Shown: in pieces, positions 59,473-64,000 of the stretch
Layout of the letters: the number at the start of each line of letters is the position of its first letter
Numbering within the stretch: the stretch's first letter is position 1
Source of the DNA: Patescibacteria group bacterium
Lineage (GTDB): Bacteria; Patescibacteriota; Patescibacteriia; SG8-24
Length of the DNA stretch: 64,000 bases
Reading direction: 5' to 3'
Assembly (NCBI GenBank): GCA_028714475.1
Contig: JAQTNC010000001.1
Location: forward strand, 86,678 to 150,677
Made by a program: the position numbers and the translations under genes
Notes under the pieces: generated by a model
What the model saw: the letters and a program-made list of their open reading frames with translations, nothing else
Databases searched by the model: none
Told to the model about the DNA's origin: nothing

Positions 59473-61290
59473 CTACCCTTTCCTCTTCGCGATCTCCTCC
59501 GTCACCTTCGTGACGAACGCCTTCACGGTCATGCGCGTTTCCTTCTGCTGGCCGCGCTTGCGGACGTTCACGGTCTTGAGGGTCTTTTCCTTATCGCCGA
59601 CCACCAGCATATACGGCACCTTGGCCTTCTCAGACTTGCGAATCTTGTACCCGACCGTCTCGCGCGAATCGTCGGAAACGGCGCGGATGCCGGCGGCCAC
59701 GAGCTGGTCGGCGAGCTTCTTCGCGACTTTCCAGTGGTCCTTGCCGACCGGGATGACTTGCACCTGCACGGGAGCGAGCCAGGTCGGAAAAGCGCCGGCG
59801 TAATGCTCGATGAGCACGGCCATGAAGCGCTCGATGGAACCGAGGATGGCGCGGTGAATCATCACCGGCCGCTTCTTCTGGCCGTCAGTATCGGTGTATT
59901 CGAGCTGGAATCTCTCCGGCAGGTTGAAATCGAGCTGGACCGTGGCGAGCTGCCATTCGCGGCCGATGGCGTCCTTAGCCATGAAGTCGATCTTCGGCCC
60001 GTAGAACGCCGCTTCACCCACGCCGACGGTGTAATCCATCTTGAACTCCTTGAGGATTTTGGCGAGCGTCCCTTCGGCTTTGGCCCAGACTTCGGGCGAG
60101 CCGAGCACTTTCTCCGGATGCTCTGGGTCGTGCGTGGAAAGCCGCGCGCGAAGGCTCATCTTGAAGACCGCGTAGAACTTGCTGATGATCTTGTAGACGT
60201 TCTTCACTTCCTGTTCCACCTGATCAATCCGGCAGAAAAGATGGCCGTCGTCCTGGGTGAGCGAACGCACGCGCGAAAGGCCCTGCAGCTGGCCGGTGTT
60301 CTCGTCGCGGTAGCAGGTCGTGACTTCGCTGTAGCGGATGGGCAGGTCGCGGTAACTGCGCGGCTGGGAGGCGAAGATTTGCGTGTGATGTGGGCAGTTC
60401 ATCGGCTTGATGACGAACGCGTCATCGGTCTTCTTCGAAGTGACGTGGAAGAGGTCGTCCTGAAACTTGTCCCAGTGACCGGAGGTCTTGTAGAGGTCGG
60501 TCTTGGCGAGATGCGGAATCCAGACGCGCTGGTAGCCGAACGGCTGCTGGAGGCCCCAAACGAAGGTCTCGAGCTCGCGGCGGACGAGCGTGCCGCGCGG
60601 GGTGAACATCGGCAGGCCCGGACCGACGAGGTTCGAGAAGGTGTAGAGGTCGAGTTCTTGACCGAGCTTGCGGTGGTCGCGCTTCTCGGCTTCCTCCATC
60701 AGCTTGAGGTGCGCGTCGAGTTCTTCCTGCGTCGCGAAGCACAACCCGTACACGCGCTGGAGCATCGGGTTGTTCTCGTCACCGCGCCAGTAAGCGCCGG
60801 CGACTGACTTCAGCTTGAACGCGCCGATTTCCTTGGCGTTCGCCACGTGAGGGCCGCGACACAAATCCGTGAACTTGCCGGTGCGGTAGATGCTGACAAC
60901 GTTGGGTTTGGCGACGTCGATGTCCCCCGCCTCCTCCTCGCGCACGGCAGTCGTACCCTTCTCCTGGATGGCGCGCAGCAACTGGACCTTGTATGGCTGG
61001 TTCAACCCGTCGAAAAGCTCAATGGCCTTTTCGATGGGCATCTCCTCGCGCACGAACTCAACCTTGCGCGCCTGCAGGTCGCGCATCCGCTTCTCGAGCT
61101 TCTGGAGATCGAGCGGGGTGAGCGGTTTCGGCAGATCAAGGTCGTAATAGAAGCCGTGCTCCACGACCGGCCCGACGCCAAATTTGGCTTCGGGGTAAAG
61201 CTCCTGCACGGCGGCCGCGAGCAAATGCGCGCAGGAATGGCGCTGGATCTCGATGGCCGGTAAATCGACGGCTTTTTCCTTGTTAGACAT
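59473..61290 (-). CDS. thrS: threonine--tRNA ligase lacking the N-terminal TGS domain
   Basis: HSCAHLL, class II aaRS core and anticodon-binding domain; start set at Met48 (MSNKEK) ~20 aa before HSCAH. Confidence 0.88.
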   Translation of the reverse strand: MSNKEKAVDLPAIEIQRHSCAHLLAAAVQELYPEAKFGVGPVVEHGFYYDLDLPKPLTPLDLQKLEKRMRDLQARKVEFVREEMPIEKAIELFDGLNQPYKVQLLRAIQEKGTTAVREEEAGDIDVAKPNVVSIYRTGKFTDLCRGPHVANAKEIGAFKLKSVAGAYWRGDENNPMLQRVYGLCFATQEELDAHLKLMEEAEKRDHRKLGQELDLYTFSNLVGPGLPMFTPRGTLVRRELETFVWGLQQPFGYQRVWIPHLAKTDLYKTSGHWDKFQDDLFHVTSKKTDDAFVIKPMNCPHHTQIFASQPRSYRDLPIRYSEVTTCYRDENTGQLQGLSRVRSLTQDDGHLFCRIDQVEQEVKNVYKIISKFYAVFKMSLRARLSTHDPEHPEKVLGSPEVWAKAEGTLAKILKEFKMDYTVGVGEAAFYGPKIDFMAKDAIGREWQLATVQLDFNLPERFQLEYTDTDGQKKRPVMIHRAILGSIERFMAVLIEHYAGAFPTWLAPVQVQVIPVGKDHWKVAKKLADQLVAAGIRAVSDDSRETVGYKIRKSEKAKVPYMLVVGDKEKTLKTVNVRKRGQQKETRMTVKAFVTKVTEEIAKRKG

Positions 61291-61425
61291 ATCGGGAAAG
61301 ATGTATTTATAGCCGAAATTATGATACGCCCCGAGGATAGATTTGGCAACCAAAAGAAGTGTCCTTGACGTAGGCCGTATTTTCCGTAAGATTAGCCCAA
61401 ACGCAAGAAGACGGAGGAATCGAAG

Positions 61426-61791
61426 ATGCAATCATTGCCCGTTATCGACGCGCTGGCTCTGGGCGTAGTTCTGGAGGCCGCCAAACGCAGGGGCCAAACC
61501 GCAGAAGTCACTAAAAGAGACGAATGGGCGGGCGGCATCGCAGGCCGAACCCAATATCTTCTCCAGGTAGAACTGCCGGAAGCGATTCGCCAAGGTTATC
61601 AGCTTCACCAGGAGGAGGTCACGTTCTCCGTTGAAGGGCCCATGTCCAGCAACGCCGAAAAGGTCATGGAAGCCGCCGTGGCGGAGCTGCGCCGAGCCGG
61701 CAAGCAGGTTACTGACCCAAGAAAGGGGTTCGGCTGGATCAGCAAGACCGTATCGGTTCCGATTGTTTGCGCCACCCTCACCCTCTGGTGA
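61426..61791 (+). CDS. hypothetical protein
   Basis: GGAGGAA SD 8 nt before ATG 61426. Confidence 0.5.
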   Translation: MQSLPVIDALALGVVLEAAKRRGQTAEVTKRDEWAGGIAGRTQYLLQVELPEAIRQGYQLHQEEVTFSVEGPMSSNAEKVMEAAVAELRRAGKQVTDPRKGFGWISKTVSVPIVCATLTLW

Positions 61792-61801
61792 ACGCCTGTT
61801 C

Positions 61802-61834
61802 ACCAAAAACCGCCCCGATGGCTATCGGGGCGGT
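61802..61834 (-). terminator. rho-independent terminator after the LysE-family gene
   Basis: accgccccgat-agc-catcggggcggt followed by TTTTGGTG on the minus strand. Confidence 0.7.
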
Positions 61835-61845
61835 CGTGTATATAT

Positions 61846-62538
61846 TCACTTGCGTGGCCACCAACGGTGATGCCACCAGCCGCCGGCGCGCCAGAAAGTT
61901 AGTGGTCTCCTCTCGTGCAGCCGGTGCTCACGGGCCACAAGAACATAACCGAAACAGATGAGGGCGATGCCGACTGTCATGTTGAGGAGGCGCAGGGCCG
62001 CCGGCGACAGAAAATCGTTGACGACCGAACCGAGAACCGCGATGAACGTCAGGAAGATAAGATTGGCCGAAAGGCAGCCGACCGAAAACACGATCAGTTC
62101 GTGGTGCTTGAACTGTTTCTCCGCGACCTTGGCGCTGAAAACCCCGGCCCAGAACAGGATAGAGAGCGGATTCGAAAGCGTCAGGAAAAAACCGGCCAGG
62201 AAGCTGTTGGGCTGTGCCTTGATGGCGCCCAAACCGAGGGACGGCAGAAGGCTCACGCCGAACTGACCGACGATAAGTTCCAAACCGAAGAAGAACAGGA
62301 CCAACGCGCCGAAGGTCTTGAGCGCGTGCATGACGTTCTTCCGGTTGATGAACCGCTCGATGCCGGCGATGGCGAGGGCGATGAACAGGCCGTCAGCGAT
62401 GACGACGGCGAGGACCGCCCAGAAGGCCTGGAAAAAACCGTCGCTGGTCGCGGTGTTGAACACGAAAAGACAGACTGGCCCGATGGCAATCTGCAGGATC
62501 ATGCCGAAAAGAAATCCATTGAACAGCAGGGCGAACAT
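61846..62538 (-). CDS. LysE/RhtB family amino-acid exporter
   Basis: 6-TM LysE-type translocator profile. Confidence 0.75.
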   Translation of the reverse strand: MFALLFNGFLFGMILQIAIGPVCLFVFNTATSDGFFQAFWAVLAVVIADGLFIALAIAGIERFINRKNVMHALKTFGALVLFFFGLELIVGQFGVSLLPSLGLGAIKAQPNSFLAGFFLTLSNPLSILFWAGVFSAKVAEKQFKHHELIVFSVGCLSANLIFLTFIAVLGSVVNDFLSPAALRLLNMTVGIALICFGYVLVAREHRLHERRPLTFWRAGGWWHHRWWPRK

Positions 62539-62668
62539 AACATTAGGCGCAAACGCGCCTTATTCGACCATAACACCGTTGCCAAAAAGGGGCAACGGTG
62601 AGGTAATGCTCGCCGCCAAGTGTCAAAAAAATGCTAAAAAAAGCGAAAATGGTCCTGCGCCCACTTTG

Positions 62669-62706
62669 GCTCTCTGTCTCTTTGCCTCTCCGTCTCTCTA
62701 TCTCAC
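62669..62706. repeat. family 4 CT-tract (ctctgtctctttgcctctccgtctctcta), ~80% identical to part of 25430-25482
   Basis: seen in sequence; overlaps the stop of the 62698 gene. Confidence 0.55.
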
Positions 62707-63948
62707 TTCAACTTTTATATGCTCCGCCACGTCGGGCATGCGGCCGGACCAGAACGGACGGACGCGGATGGAGACGGACGAGATGCCCGGGGTTTTCTTG
62801 AGATAGTCCTCGGCCGCGGTCTTGGAGATGCCGGCGAGGCGCGACGGATCAAGGGCCGGGGCGTCCGGCGAGAGCACCGAGGCGCCGGAAACGGAAACCT
62901 TGAGCGAAGCGCGTCCGGCATTGAGATCAGTCTCCCCCACCGTGATGTCCAGGCTGCTGCCCACGAGCGGCAGCATCATCCGATCGAACGGCGCGGCTTC
63001 CTTCAGTTTCGCCGATGCCAGCTTGGCGAGACGCTCGCGGTCAAAGAAGACGCCGACGCCCTTGACCTTCACGGTGACGATGAATTTTTCCGCCGCTTCG
63101 CCCACCGCCGGCGCGACCTCCTGCGAAGCGACCTCGATGCTGACGCTTTCGCCGGCATTGCCCGCGCTCGCGGCCTTGGCCTGCTCACGCAGTTCCTCGG
63201 TCAGTTGGGTGGTTGCCTCACTCTTCAACGTTTCCACCGCCGCCGCCACGTCCTCGGAAGTCACAAAACGCCCCTCACGCTGTCCGCCCGTGAAGGGCCT
63301 CACGACCGTGACCTTGAAGAGACTGCGCGTTTCCGGATTCAGGCCGGGGATGGTGAATTCGCCCTCGGTGATTTCGCTCGCCGTGCCCGGCGCGTCGGCG
63401 TAGGCGTCAACCTCGACGGAACCGTTCGCCGGCACGACGACGTTTTCCTTGATGCGGTATAGCCGGTTGTCCGGCAGGAGCAGGCGCGTGGTGGCGACGA
63501 GCGTTTGCGACCGCGAGAGCGTGCTCGCGATGCGCACTCGCCCCTCGGCCGGTGCGTCGGCCTTGGCGCCCACAGCCGTCGGGAATTCGCGGCTGATTTC
63601 CTTCTCCGCCGTGAGCACCGCGCCCGGCAACTCGCCGTCGGTCGGCGTGCGGGAAACGGTCGCGCTGAATTCCGTGCGGGCTTCCTCCTGGGCGGACATC
63701 ACCGTGACCGTCGCTTTAGAGAAGATGACGTAAACCACGAACAGCGCCACCAGCCCGGTCAAAACCAAGAAAGCCGTCGCGATGCGGCGATAAAGCGCCA
63801 CGTGGGTCGGCGGCGACGGTGGCTGGCGGCGAATGGATGGTATCGGAATGCCGGTGGGCGGCGCGCCGGGGCGCTTGACAGGCTGTGATGGCGTGACTGG
63901 CGGCAAAACCAGCTTGGGCCGCTCGACCGGGATGGGCTGCGGTTGCAT
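62698..63948 (-). CDS. hypothetical membrane-anchored protein with Pro-rich N-terminus
   Basis: 416-aa ORF with a single TM after the Pro-rich segment. Confidence 0.5.
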   Translation of the reverse strand: MQPQPIPVERPKLVLPPVTPSQPVKRPGAPPTGIPIPSIRRQPPSPPTHVALYRRIATAFLVLTGLVALFVVYVIFSKATVTVMSAQEEARTEFSATVSRTPTDGELPGAVLTAEKEISREFPTAVGAKADAPAEGRVRIASTLSRSQTLVATTRLLLPDNRLYRIKENVVVPANGSVEVDAYADAPGTASEITEGEFTIPGLNPETRSLFKVTVVRPFTGGQREGRFVTSEDVAAAVETLKSEATTQLTEELREQAKAASAGNAGESVSIEVASQEVAPAVGEAAEKFIVTVKVKGVGVFFDRERLAKLASAKLKEAAPFDRMMLPLVGSSLDITVGETDLNAGRASLKVSVSGASVLSPDAPALDPSRLAGISKTAAEDYLKKTPGISSVSIRVRPFWSGRMPDVAEHIKVEVR

Positions 63949-64000
63949 GAGGTAAATATAGCACGTTTTTAAAAACTACCCGGCAGTTTTGGGGTCAAAT

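Noticed and set aside
59296-60807. 503-aa plus-strand ORF
   Set aside because: Antisense to thrS.

Overview
64 kb GC-rich (~60-65%) bacterial chromosomal window, densely coding on both strands. The conserved backbone is translation, glycolysis and nucleotide metabolism: eno, pgk, gap, tsf, rpsB, rpmE, prfA-prmC, rplY, gyrB, rlmN, secE-nusG, rplK-rplA, dut, cmk, thyX, two tandem tmk, gatB, miaA, miaB, thrS, a SEDS (FtsW/RodA) protein, SIMPL/DUF541, metallophosphoesterase, MBL hydrolase, DUF2779 nuclease, LysE exporter. Many small hypothetical, often membrane-anchored, proteins are interspersed. No rRNA, tRNA, CRISPR array, transposase or integrase was recognisable. The intergenic spacers carry unusually many short structured repeats, in at least four families. 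The main family is a ~65-nt palindromic element (core CCCCTCGACTCGCTACGCTCGCTCGGGG...CCCGAGCG.AGTCGAGGG) present in 9 or more copies; one copy sits in-frame inside rlmN, an RPE-like behaviour. Other notable points: the secE-nusG / rplK-rplA cluster is split by a ~3.6 kb cassette (GNAT, SMR-like transporter, three hypotheticals) flanked by near-identical terminators; a TrmB-like regulator sits divergent to a 2-hydroxyacid-dehydrogenase-like gene and a methyltransferase-SDR fusion; a type IV pilin-like gene forms an operon with a DUF3048 protein; a long tandem-domain ThyX is followed by two tmk paralogues; thrS lacks the N-terminal TGS domain; a 166-nt perfect-stem hairpin lies directly upstream of rpmE; an exact 15-mer CTACAAACTACAAAC sits just upstream of the gap and thyX start codons. 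Most housekeeping genes lack a Shine-Dalgarno sequence while many hypothetical genes have a strong AAGGAGG. The gene content and style (short EF-Ts, truncated ThrRS, DUF5679 mini-protein, many tiny membrane proteins) would fit an uncultivated small-genome lineage (Patescibacteria/CPR-like), but that assignment is speculative.
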